Shown in pieces: positions 1 through 16,239 of a stretch of 64,000 nt of DNA (position 1 is its first letter; every line of letters begins with the position of its first letter). This DNA is from the human T2T-CHM13v2.0 reference genome, Homo sapiens, in assembly GCF_009914755.1 (NCBI RefSeq), contig NC_060925.1, one strand, 5' to 3'. The notes under the pieces were generated by a model. It searched no databases and had not been told where the DNA came from. It was given only the letters and a program-made list of their open reading frames with translations. The position numbers and the translations under genes are program-made.

Positions 1-99
1 TAGGCAGACCCCGTCTCTACAAAAAATAAAAAAATTAACTGGGCTTGGTGGTGTGTACCTGTGGTCCCAGCTACTCAGGAGGCTGAGGTGGGAGGATCA

Positions 100-255
<156 letters not shown>

Positions 256-562
256 CTATTCGGGAGGCTGAGGTGGGAGGATTACTTGAGGCCAGAAGTT
301 TCAGGTTGCAGTGAGCTACAATCATGTGCTGTACTACTCCAGCCTGGGTGACAGAGTGAGATGTGAGACTCCATCTCTTTAAAAAAAAAAAAAAAAACCA
401 GGCTGGGCGCAGTGGCTCACACCTGTAATCCCAGCACTTTGGGAGGCGGAGGCAGGTGGATCACAACATCAGAAGTTCGAGACCAGCCTGACCAACATAG
501 TGAAACTAAAATTAGTTTCTACTAAAAAACACGTCTCTACTAAAAATACAAAAAATTAGCTA

Positions 563-814
<252 letters not shown>

Positions 815-1187
815 TCAGGAGGCTGAGGTAGGAGGATCACCTGAGCTATGGGAGGTCGAGGCTGCAGTGAGCCATGATTGTGTCACTGCACTCCAGTCTG
901 GGCCACAGAGTGAGATACCATCTCAAAAAAAAAAAAAGTATTATGTATTTAAACAAATATGAAAAAGGAGGTAGCCCAGGACACATCCCTGATTTACCCA
1001 CTAGAAATTAATTACTGACGGGGCACGGTAGCCCATGCCTGTAATCCCAGCACTTTAAGGGGCTGAGGCAGTGGATTGCTTAAGCTCAGGAGTTTGAGAC
1101 TAGCCTGAGCAACATGGCAAAACCCTGTCTCTACAAAAATTAAAAAAATACAAAAATTACCCGGGCCCTCTCATTCACAGCTTCTCA

Positions 1188-1771
<584 letters not shown>

Positions 1772-3353
1772 CTAGCCCTGATTCTTGATATTGCTTGATA
1801 TTGTCATGAGGGTTCTATGTGGGCATGAATAGCTAAGGCTCTTTATTGAACATGGGCAGCTTTGTCATTAATCAAGTCTGGGTCGGGGCAAAGGCGAAGA
1901 AAATGTTTTAAATGATTCATTTTTTTTTAATTTTATTTTTATTTTTATTTTATTTTATTTTATTTTTGAGACAGAGTCTTGCTCTGTCGCCACGCTGGAG
2001 TGCAGTCCCGGGTTTAAGCAATTCTCCTGCCTCAGCCTTCCGAGTAGCTGGGACTACAGGTGTGCACCACCACGTTCAGCTAATTTTTTGTATTTTTAGT
2101 AGAGATGAGGTTTCGCCATGTTGGCCAGAATGGTCTCGATCTCTTGACCTCATGATCCACCCACCTCAGCCTCCCAAAGTGTTGGGGTTACAGGTGTGAA
2201 CCACTGCGCCTGGCCTTTTATTTTTATTTTTACAGAGACAAAGTCTCACTATGTTGCCCAGGCTGGTCTTGAACTTCTGAGCTCAAGTGATTTTCCCATC
2301 TCGGCCCTAGGATTACAGGCGTGAGCCTCCAGCCCTGGCTATTCTAAATGATTTCTGACAGATTTTGCCATGAGGTGGTCCAGAGTACAACAATGGTCTG
2401 CAGTAGAATAGTCTGCTTGTTCTTTTTTCTTTTTTACTTTTTGTGCTCTACATGTTCAGAGAAACTGAACTAAAGAAATGATCCCTAAAGGAAGTATAGT
2501 CTTGTCTGCTGTTTTTTGTGTTGCTTTGTTTGTTTTGTTTTGTTTGAGAGAGGTTCTTGCTCTTTCCCCCAGGCTAGAGTACAGTGGTATGATATTGGCT
2601 CACTGCAACCTCAACCTCCTGGGCTCAGCGATCCTCCTACCTTAACCTCCTGAGTAGCTAGGACTACAGGCGTGCACCACCACACCTGGTTAATTTTTGT
2701 ATTTTTTGTAGAGATGAGTTCTCACCATGTTGCCCAGGTTGGTCTTGAACTCCTGGCCTCGAGTGATCCTTCCACTTTGGCCTTCCAAAATGTTGAGATT
2801 ACTGGCGTGAGCCATTGCATCCGACCACCTGCCTGTTCTTGATGTAAAGCATTGGCCCAAGAAACTCAGCCACGAAGCTGGCACACATTTTGGACAAAAT
2901 GTTCAATAAATCAATAGGTCTATAGTTGGAGGAGAAAAAATGTTAACTTAAAAATTTTTTTTAATTTAATTTAATTAATTTTTTCTTTTTTTGAGACAGG
3001 GTCCCCTGTCGCCCAGACTGGTGTGCAGTGGTATAATCACGGCTCACTGCAGCCTTGACTTCCTGGGCTCAGTGATCCTCCCACTTCAGCCTCCTGGGTA
3101 GCTAGGACTACAGGCAAATGCCATCACGCCATCATGCTTGGCTAATTTTTTTTTTTTTTTTTTGAGACAGAGTCTCACTCCATGGACCAGGCTGGAGTGC
3201 AGTGGCGTGATGTCCACTCACTGCAACCTCCGCTTCCCCAGTTCAAGAGATTCTCCTGCTGGCCGGGCATGGTGGTGGCTCAAGCCTGTAATCCCAGCAC
3301 TTTGGGAGGCCGAGGTGGGCGGATCACGAAGTCAGGAGTTCAAGACCAGCCTA

Positions 3354-3548
<195 letters not shown>

Positions 3549-3648
3549 TCAAAAAAAAAAAAAAAAAAAGGGCCAGGTGTGGTGGCTTACACCTGTAATC
3601 TCAGCACTTTGGAGGCCGAGGTGGGCAGATCATGAGGTCAGGAGTTTA

Positions 3649-3904
<256 letters not shown>

Positions 3905-4342
3905 TCAAGTAGCTGGGACTACAGTCACGTGCCACCACACCCAGATAATCTTTGTATTTTTAGTAGAGATGGGGTTTCACCATGTTGGCCAGGCTGGTCT
4001 CAAAATCCAGACCTCAAGTGATTCACCTGCCTCGGCCTCCCAAAGTGCTGGGGTTACAGGTGTGAGCCACGGCCCCCGGTAGCCGGACGCCGGCCACTAA
4101 TTATATAGCTGAGCATGGTCGGGTGCCGTGGCTCACACCTGTAATCCCAGCACTTTGGGAAGCCGAGGCAGGTGAATCACTTGAGGACTGGATTTTGAGA
4201 CCAGCCTGGCCAACATGGTGAAACCCCATCTCTGCTAAAAATACAAAAATCAGCTGGGTGTGGTGGTGCGTGCCTATAATCCCAGCTACTTGGGAGGCTG
4301 TGGCAGGAGAATCTCTTTTTCTTTTCTTTTTTTTTTTTTTGA

Positions 4343-4444
<102 letters not shown>

Positions 4445-5303
4445 TGAGTAGCTGGGATTACAAGCATGCGCCTAGTACACCTGGCTAATTTTTGTATTTT
4501 TAGTAGAGACGGGGTTTCACCATGTTGGTCAGGCTGCTCTCGAACTCCTGGGCTCAAGGAGTCCTACTGCCTCAGCCTCCCAAAGTGCTGGGATTACAGG
4601 CGTGAGTCACCATGCCCAGACTCCTTCTGGTCTTAGTTTGATAAAGATTGCTGAGTAGCCAACATGATCTAACCAGGTTAATAAATGAGGTCAGTAAAAA
4701 GAAAATCAAAATTAAAGCTTAATATAAATTTCTCATTGTCTGAAAGAAAGAAGTGGAGGAAGGGAGAAAAAAAAAAAAAAAAAAACAGATGAAAGGAATC
4801 CCCAGGGCTCCCAGAACCAGCAATGAGGGCAGATTCTGGGGTGAATGAAACAGGACATTCTTTTCTCCCAATTTAGGAATCCAAGGTCACGAGTAAGAAT
4901 TTCATAGATTCGAGGCTGCCTCTGACTAGGGCATGTAATGTTCTCAGTCAAACTTAAGGCTGCCCGTGGTCCACAGAACATTTTGTGATGATTATAAAAA
5001 GGCCACAGGCCAGGTCTGGTGACTCATGCCTGTCATCCCAGCACTTTGGGAAGCGGAGGTGGGCAGGCCACTTGAGGTTGGGAGTTCGAGACCAACCTGG
5101 CCAACATGGTGAAACCCTGTCTCTACTAAAAATAATAAAAATTAGCGGGCATGGTGGTGCATGCCTGTAATCTCAGCTACTTGGGAGGCTCAAACAGGAG
5201 AAATTGCTTGAACCCAGGATGTGGAGGTTGCAGTCAGCTGCGATTGTGCCACTGCACTCCAGCCTGGGGGACAGAGGAAGACTCCGTCTCAAAATAAATA
5301 AAA

Positions 5304-5346
<43 letters not shown>

Positions 5347-6618
5347 AAATTAGACTGGGCATGGTGGCCCATGCCTGCCATCCCAACACTTTCGGAGTCT
5401 GAGGTGGGAGGACTGCTTGAGCCCATGAGTTTGAGACCAGCCTGGGCAACATGGTGAAACCTTGTCACTGCAAAAAAGTAAAAATAAAAGGCTGGGCATG
5501 GTGGCTTATGCCTGTAATCCCAGCACTTTGGGAGGCCAAGGTGGCAGGTTAGTAATCCCAGCACTTTGGGAGGCCAAGGTGGCAGGTTACTTGAGCCCAG
5601 GAGTTCAAGACCAGACTGGCCAACATGGTGAAACCCCATCATTACAAAAAACACAAAAATTAGTCAGGCTTGGTGGCATGGGCCTGCAGTCCCCACTACT
5701 CAGGAGGCTGAGGTAAGAGGATCCCTTGAGCACAGGAGGCAGGAGTTTGCAGTGAGCTGAGACAGTGCCACTGCACTGCACTCCAGCCTGTGCGACAGAG
5801 CAAGACCCTGTTTAAAAAAAAAAAAAGAAGAAGACCGGAAGGATGGGGTATACCCACATTTTGTATAAACAGATGTATGCCTATATGACTTCACAATTAC
5901 ATAGGGACGGTCGCTGCTATTCATAGTCTCATTCTGTTATATATCCCTCTGCACACACAGACTCCTGCAAACCCACAGATATGCACCCATAAGCACAGGG
6001 CTCACTGCATATGTTTTCATATGCACAGACTTGCATTCAACAGGCAGGTAAATATATACCAGAAACGTGCATTCCAGGTAGAGGGGGGATTGTCTTGAAG
6101 AGAAAAGCCTTTGTTAACAGCACAGTGGTCAAATTTTTGATGGGAAATGGACCCTACCCTGTCAGACCTGCCTTCCTGCCTCACATTCTCCTAGACCTCT
6201 CAGCCCTCCCCCTCCACCCTTAGACTTTCCAGGGAGTGAAAAGTAGAGGAGAGGATCTTGATAAAGGATGTAGGAGCCAAGCCAGGCATATGCCAGCAAT
6301 CCCAGCTATTTGGGAGGCTGAGGTGGGAGAAGCGCTTGAGCCCAGGAGTTAGAGACCAGCCTGGGCAACGTAGTGAGACCTCGTCTAAAAAAAAAAGGAT
6401 GTAAGGTTTTGATATGAGTTTTGCATCTGCCAGGAACCCTCAGTGTATTATTGGGACAATCACTGAACCTCTCCTTTTCCCCAGTTTTAAAATGAGGCTG
6501 ATGAACTGTATTTGTGTTTCCTAAACTCTTGTGAAGACAAAGTGTCTTTTACCATTCCCTGTTCTACACTCCCTCTTCCCCACATGGATCTCATGATTTT
6601 AAAGTTTTTACCTACTAA

Positions 6619-7099
<481 letters not shown>

Positions 7100-8107
7100 T
7101 CAGCGATTTAATTAAGTATGCAATGAAGAAATAAATAATACAATTTGTCAAAACAAGAAACAAAGTATAGTGGAATTTCCTTTCAGATTTTTGAAATATT
7201 AAAATAACCTAAAGGCCTCCCCGGCACTAGCCTGGGACTTCCTGGGAGCATGTAAACTTCAGGCTGGGAGCCTCTGACTACAAACATTTCTGGCATTGCC
7301 AGATCCTATGGACTTACGATTGCTGCCAGGCCCTATCCTCCAAAGCTCACATGCTTATAGAGGGCAGGATCTGCCACCTGTAGCTGGGGGGCCATAGAGG
7401 AAACAGTAGAGGCCAGATACCCTGCAAAGCTAGAGTTCCTCTGATCTTAATTTAACATAGGCTGACTTTTTCTCACTTTTTGCCCAGTCTTAAGTCGGGG
7501 ATTTTCTGGCCCAGATTCAGTCCAGAATCTAGGACCTGCCTTGCATGCTTTCCTGGATCCTAGCCCAAGGCCTTGTGATTCCTTTTCCCTCCCCACCTGA
7601 CCCCAGCCTGGACCAGGTACCAGCTTCCAGCCCCATGATCTCCAACCTAGATTCCTTCTGCTTCTTCTACTGGCCTTTTCTCACTGTTGCACCATAGTTT
7701 ATCTCTTCTCCTTCTCCTCCTCCTTCTTCTTCCTCTTCTTTTTTTCCTTTATATAGAGACTGAGTCTTGCTACGTTGCCCAGGCTGGTCTGAAACTCTTG
7801 GCAATTCTCCTGCCTTGGTTTCCCAAAGGGATTACAGACATGAGCTACAGCACCCGGCCTTGTTTTGAGACAGGGTGTTGCTCTCTTGCTCTGTTATCCA
7901 GGCTGGAGTGCAGTGGCGTGTTCACGGCTCACTGCCGCCTCAACCTCCCAGGCTCAAGTGATCCTCCCCACTCAGCCTCCTGAGTAGCTAGGACTACAGG
8001 GGCGCACCACCATGCCCTGCTAATTTTCAGATTTTTTTTGTAGAGATAAGGTCTCACTGTGTTACCCAGGCACTGGTCTCTAATTCCTGGGCTCAAGAGA
8101 TCCTCCT

Positions 8108-8417
8108 GGCCGGGCACGGTGGCTCACGCCTGTGATCCCAGAACTTTGGGAGGCTGAGGCGGGCAAATCACAAGGTCAGGAGATCAAGACCATCCTGGCT
8201 AACATGGTGAAACCCCGTCTCTACTAAAAATACAAAAAAAAAAAAATAGCCGGGCACAGTGGCGGGCGCCGGTAGTTCCAGCTACTCGGGAGGCTGAGGC
8301 AGGAGAAGGGCGTGAACCCAGGAGGCAGAGCTTGCAGTGAATGAGTCGTGATCACGCCACTGCACTCCAGCCTGGGCAACAGAGCGAGACTCTGTCTCAA
8401 AAAAAAAAAAAAAAAAG
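8108..8417 (+). mobile_element. AluY-type element inserted into an older antisense Alu
   Basis: AluY diagnostics (GAGATC...ACCATCCTGGCTAAC, GGCGTGAACC, GAGCTTGCAGTG). TSD AGAGATCCTCCTG at ~8096-8108 and 8418-8430. Confidence 0.85.
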
Positions 8418-8476
8418 AGAGATCCTCCTGCCTCAGCCTCCAAAAGGGCTGAGATTATAGGCCTGAGCTACTACGC

Positions 8477-8790
8477 CCTTTCTTCCTCCTCCTCCTCCTC
8501 CGCCACCACCACCTCCTCTCCTCCTTCACCTCCTCCTCCTCTTCCTCCTCCCCCTCCTCATCCCTCTCCTCCCCCTCCCCTTCCCCCTCCTCCCCATCCC
8601 CTTCCCCCTCCTCCCCCTCCCCTTCCCCCTCCTCCCCCTCCTCTTCCCCCTCCTCCCCTCCCCCTCCCCTTCCCCCTCCTCCCCCTCCTCTTCCCCCTCC
8701 TCCCCCTCCCCCTCCCCTTCCCCCTCCCTTTCTTTCTCCTCCTTCTTCTTCTTTCCCATCTCTCCCTTCCTCCTATACATTCCCTCTTCT
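8477..8790. repeat. Polypyrimidine/polypurine low-complexity tract (CCT/CCCCT)n
   Basis: About 310 nt of almost pure C/T, with repeating CCCCTCCTCCCCCTCCCCTT units. Confidence 0.95.
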
Positions 8791-9573
8791 TAACCTCAAA
8801 CTTCTACAATCTTTCTCTTGCCTTTTTCTAAAGGCTCCAAGAATGTCAAGCCTGGCAGGGACCTTACTGGTCTAAGTCCACATTCCATCTGATGTTGGTA
8901 TTCTCTTTACAACACAACCAACTTGTGGTTTCCTAAGGCTCATACGACTATCACAAACAACAGGATGCTCACTACCTCACAAAACAGCTCAGCTTATCTG
9001 AGACCAGTTCCAGGTTGCTGTTAGTCCTTTACTGGGGGCTCTTGTTGCTAATTACTCTCAGGCTATAATAGTCAAAAAGTCATTTGCAGTCACAGATGGG
9101 TGCACTCTGGTCTAGCAGGATTTCCCAAATGTCCACCTCCCCCCAGGACTCCTAACAGTAGGGGAAAGAGTGAATACGTACCCTTTTCCTGGAAAGTTTC
9201 TTGATTTGATTTAAAATTCCATGCACATTTTGCATTTTCCTCCATAATAGGTCATGTTTGTTTAACTTACATGAATAAGGTCAGGAAACACTCATGCTCT
9301 GGAAAAATGCACACCATGACATGACTTCCGGTACCCATGGGAGGCTGAGTATCTCAGTTTAAGAAACAGGAGTCGAGCTGGGCGCGGTGGCTCACGTCTG
9401 TAGTCCCAGCACTTTGGGAGGTCGAGGAGGGCAGATCACCTGAAGTCAGGAGTTCAAGACCAGCCAGACCAACATGGTGAAACCCTGTCTCTACTAAAAA
9501 TACAAAATTAGGCCGGGCATGGTGGCTCATGCCTGTAATCCCAGCACTTTGAGAGGCCGAGGCGGGCAGATCA

Positions 9574-9789
<216 letters not shown>

Positions 9790-9828
9790 TCAAAAAATAA
9801 TAATAATAAGGCCGGGCACAGTGGCTCA

Positions 9829-10194
<366 letters not shown>

Positions 10195-10228
10195 TTATTA
10201 TTATTATTCATTTATTTATTTACTTTAG

Positions 10229-10967
<739 letters not shown>

Positions 10968-11008
10968 TCACACCACTGCACTCCAGCCTGGGCAACAGAG
11001 CAAGTCTA

Positions 11009-11167
<159 letters not shown>

Positions 11168-11280
11168 CTACTAAAATTACAAAAATTAGCTGGGCGTGGT
11201 GACACATGCCTGTAGTCCTAGCTAGTCAGGGGGCTGAGGCAGGAGAATCACTTGAACCTGGGAGGTGGAGGTTCCAGTGA

Positions 11281-11609
<329 letters not shown>

Positions 11610-12181
11610 TGAGCCACCGCGCCCAGCCGAGACTCTATTAAAAAAAGAAAAAAGAAAGAAACAGGAGTCTAAAGCAAAGGAGATTAATTACCCAGTCCCA
11701 TTCTTCCACCTTCCAAAGCAGGAGTTGGTAGGACAGAATTGTGCACTGGTGAAAGTGTTTCTAAGCACTAAACTAAGCTAACATTCATGTGAGCTTATGA
11801 GAAATGGATGAAGAGCCCCATTTGACAGAAGAGGAAAAGTGAGGCTTAGGAGGAATGATTTCAGCAAAGTCACACAGTAAGTGTCAAAATTGCTATTTGA
11901 ACTTAGGTCTCTAACTATGGGGACAGTCTTCTGAGTTTTGCTAATGAGAAACTTCCACTGCTCCCTGCTTCCACTTAGACCCAGCATGAATTCTCTCTCT
12001 CTGTCTCTCTTTTGTTTTTTCTTTTTAGACAGAGTCTCTGTCACCCAAGTTGGAGTGAACAGTGCGGTGGCAGTGGCAGGATCTAGGCTCACTGCAACCT
12101 CCACCTCTTGAGTTCAAGCAATTCTCCAGCCACCATGCCCAGCTAACTTTTTTTTTTTTTTTTTTTTTGTATTTTTAGTAG

Positions 12182-12415
<234 letters not shown>

Positions 12416-12529
12416 TGAGTAGCTGGGATTACAGGCGTGTGCCACCATGCCTGGCTAATTTTTGTATTTTTAGTAGACACGGGGTTTCACCATGTTGGTC
12501 AGGCTGGTCTTGAACACCTGACCTCGTGA

Positions 12530-12724
<195 letters not shown>

Positions 12725-12838
12725 TGAGTAGCTGAGATTACAGGCACCTGCCACCAAGCCCGATTAATTTTTGGATTTTTAGTAGAGGCAGGGTTGCACC
12801 ATGTTGGCCAGGATGGTCTCGATCCCTTAATCTTGTGA

Positions 12839-13069
<231 letters not shown>

Positions 13070-14469
13070 TGATTTTTTTTCTAGAGATGAGGTCTCACTA
13101 TGTTGCCCAGGCTAGTCTGGAACTTCTGAGTTTGAATGGTCTTACTGCCTCAGTCTCCCAAAGTGCCGCGATTACAGATGTGAGCCACCACGCCCGGCCA
13201 GCAACTCCAGCTTTGCTCTACTCCAAATAGGTTGTGTGACTTTAAGCATACCTCTGTGGGCCTCAGTTTGCTCATCTAAAATCAGAGGTTTAGCCAGGTA
13301 TGGCAGCTCATGCCTGTAATCCCAGCACTTTGGGAGGCCAAGAAGGAAGGATCACTTGAAGCCAAGAATTTGAGACCAGTCCGGGCAACATAGCAATACC
13401 CCCATCTCTAGAACAAATAAAAAATCACCTGGGCTCAGTGGTGCCAGCTACCCAGGAGGCTGAAGTTAGAGGATCACTTGAGCCCAGGAGTTTGAGGTTC
13501 CAGTGAGTTAGGATTGGGTCATTGCACTGCAGTCTGGGCAAGAGAGTGACACTTTATCTCAAAAATAAATCAACAAATAATAAAATTGGAGATTAGGCTT
13601 GCTGGTTTCTAAGACCTTTGCAGATGGGAGACTCTATGCATTAACACTGCATGTTCCAGTTGACATTTATTAACTAATTTTGGGTGCTGGTGGCTTTCAG
13701 ACAAATAAACTACAGCTTCTGCTCTTGATGAACCCCCACTCTCATCAAAGGTATGGGAGAGGCAGTGGGACCCTGGGGCTGACATGTAAATCAGTAATCA
13801 TGGAACTCTGTGTCTAAGTTGATTATTGAGGTCTGAATAGAATGTTGCAGGAGACTGGGGTGAGAGGGAAGCAAAGAGCATTGGGAAGTCTTCAGACTAG
13901 GTGATATTTAGGCCAGGTGCCTGTAATCCGAGCACTTTGGGAGGCTGAGGCAGGAGAATTGCTTGAGGCCAGGAGTTCGAGACCAGCCTGGCCAACATGG
14001 TGAAACCCTGTCTCTACTAAAAATACAAAAGTTAGCCAAGCGTGATGGTGCATGCCTGTAATCCCAACTACTCAGGAGGCCGAGGCAGGAGAATTGCTTG
14101 AACCTGGGAGGTAGAGGTTGCAGGAAAAAAAAAAAGGTAATATTTCAGCTGAGCCTTGAAGGTTGAGTTAGAATTCAGCAGTTGGACAAAAGAGAGCATG
14201 CCGACTGGGTTCGGTGGTGCATGCCTATAATCCTAGCATTTGGGGAGGCCAAGGCAGGAGGATTGCTTGAGCCCAGGAGTTCGAGATCAGACTGGGCAAC
14301 ATAGTGAGACCTCATCTCTACAAAAAAATAATCAGCTGGGCATGATGGTGTGCACCTTTAGTCTCAGCTACTGGGGAGGTTGAGGTGGGAAGATTGCTTG
14401 AGCCCAGGAGGTCTAAGGGGATTGCGCCACTGCACTTCAGCCTGGGAGAGGAAGGGAGACCCTGTCTCA

Positions 14470-14470
<1 letters not shown>

Positions 14471-14559
<89 letters not shown>

Positions 14560-14567
14560 CGAGAGAG
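14471..14567. repeat. (GA)n / GAGAGAGAAA microsatellite at an Alu tail
   Basis: Directly visible. Confidence 0.95.
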
Positions 14568-14667
14568 CGCACGCATTTCAAAGCAGGGAGAACCACAAGT
14601 ACAAAGGCATTAAGTAAGAAAATAGCATGGGGTGTTTGGGAAAGGCAAGAATAGTTCAGAACACAGG

Positions 14668-15343
14668 CTGTGTGTGTGGGGGTGTGTGGGGGTGCCTGTG
14701 TGTGGGTGTTTGTGTGTGTGTGAGTGTGGGTGTGTGGGGGTATCTATGGAGGGGATGCCTGTGTGTGTGTGTAAGGTGAGTGTGTGGATGTGTGCATGGG
14801 TGTGGGTGAGTGTGTGGAGGTGCCTGTGTGTGTGTATGAATGTGTGTTGGGGAGGGGAGAATGTGTGTGTGTGGGGTGAGTGCGTGTGTGTGGGGGTGAA
14901 TGCGTGTGTGTGTGTATGTGGGTGTGACTGTGTGGGTGTGTGGACGAGTGTGTGTGTTCCTGGGTGTGGGAGCCTGTGTGTGTAGGGGGAGTATGTATAG
15001 GGTGTGTGCATGAATGTGTGTGTGGGTACGTGTGTGAGAGTGGGTGCCTGTGTGTGGGGGGTGAGTGTGTGTGTGGGGGGGCACTTGTGGAGGGTGAGTG
15101 TATGTGTTTACTGAGTGTGAGTGTGGGTGCCTGTGTGTGGGAGGGTGAGTCTGTGTGTGAGTGTGTGGGGGAGTACCTGTGAGGGGTGAGTGTGTGTGTT
15201 TATGTGAAAGTGTGTGTGTGTGGATGCCTCTGTGGAGGTGGGATAGGGGGTGCCTCTGTGTGTGTGTGTGAGAGTGTGTGTGTGTAGGGTGTGTATATGT
15301 ATAGGGTGTGTGTGAGTGTGTGTGTGTGAGAGAGTGTGTGTGT
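14668..15343. repeat. ~675-nt degenerate (GT)n/G-rich low-complexity repeat upstream of the LCK proximal promoter
   Basis: GTGTGT runs interspersed with GGGG and GGTGCCTGTG units. Confidence 0.95.
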
Positions 15344-15649
15344 GGCAGAATAGACTGCGGAGGTGGATTTCATCTTGATATGAAAGGTCTGGAATGCATG
15401 GTACATTAAACTTTGAGGACAGCGCTTTCCAAGCACTCTGAGGAGCAGCCCTAGAGAAGGAGGAGCTGCAGGGACTCCGGGGGCTTCAAAGTGAGGGCCC
15501 CACTCTGCTTCAGGCAAAACAGGCACACATTTATCACTTTATCTATGGAGTTCTGCTTGATTTCATCAGACAAAAAATTTCCACTGCTAAAACAGGCAAA
15601 TAAACAAAAAAAAAGTTATGGCCAACAGAGTCACTGGAGGGTTTTCTGC

Positions 15650-16020
15650 TGGGGAGAAGCAAGCCCGTGTTTGAAGGAACCCTGTGAGATGACTGTGGGC
15701 TGTGTGAGGGGAACAGCGGGGGCTTGATGGTGGACTTCGGGAGCAGAAGCCTCTTTCTCAGCCTCCTCAGCTAGACAGGGGAATTATAATAGGAGGTGTG
15801 GCGTGCACACCTCTCCAGTAGGGGAGGGTCTGATAAGTCAGGTCTCTCCCAGGCTTGGGAAAGTGTGTGTCATCTCTAGGAGGTGGTCCTCCCAACACAG
15901 GGTACTGGCAGAGGGAGAGGGAGGGGGCAGAGGCAGGAAGTGGGTAACTAGACTAACAAAGGTGCCTGTGGCGGTTTGCCCATCCCAGGTGGGAGGGTGG
16001 GGCTAGGGCTCAGGGGCCGT
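15650..16020 (+). promoter_or_regulatory. LCK: LCK proximal (type I, thymocyte) promoter, TATA-less
   Basis: Lies immediately 5' of the first coding exon. GATA TGATAAG 15831, TGGGAA 15856, G-rich stretch 15911-15933, ETS CAGGAAGT 15934-15941, HMG/SOX AACAAAG 15955-15961, CACCC/G-tract 15991-16016. A proximal LCK promoter is established knowledge. Confidence 0.8.
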
Positions 16021-16136
16021 GTGTGAATTTACTTGTAGCCTGAGGGCTCAGAGGGAGCACCGGTTTGGAGCTGGGACCCCCTATTTTAGCTTTTCTGTGG
16101 CTGGTGAATGGGGATCCCAGGATCTCACAATCTCAG
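16021..16136 (+). other. LCK: LCK proximal non-coding first exon (5' end approximate), followed by a 98-nt intron at 16137-16234
   Basis: Donor TCTCAG|GTACTT at 16136/16137 and acceptor TTCCATTCCCTCAG| at 16234. Matches my recollection of the type I mRNA leader (...CACAATCTCAG|GGACCATGGGC). Confidence 0.7.
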
Positions 16137-16239
16137 GTACTTTTGGAACTTTCCAGGGCAAGGCCCCATTATATCTGATGTTGGGGGAGCAGATCTTGGG
16201 GGAGCCCCTTCAGCCCCCTCTTCCATTCCCTCAGGGACC

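Noticed and set aside
8526-8780. Glu/Gly- and Arg-rich ORF (RPGR-ORF15-like or protamine-like appearance)
   Set aside because: A by-product of the CCT/CCCCT low-complexity tract, with no splice or promoter support.
14318-15526. ER/SL-repeat and His/Thr- or Cys/Val-rich ORFs
   Set aside because: Translations of (GA)n and (GT)n simple repeats.
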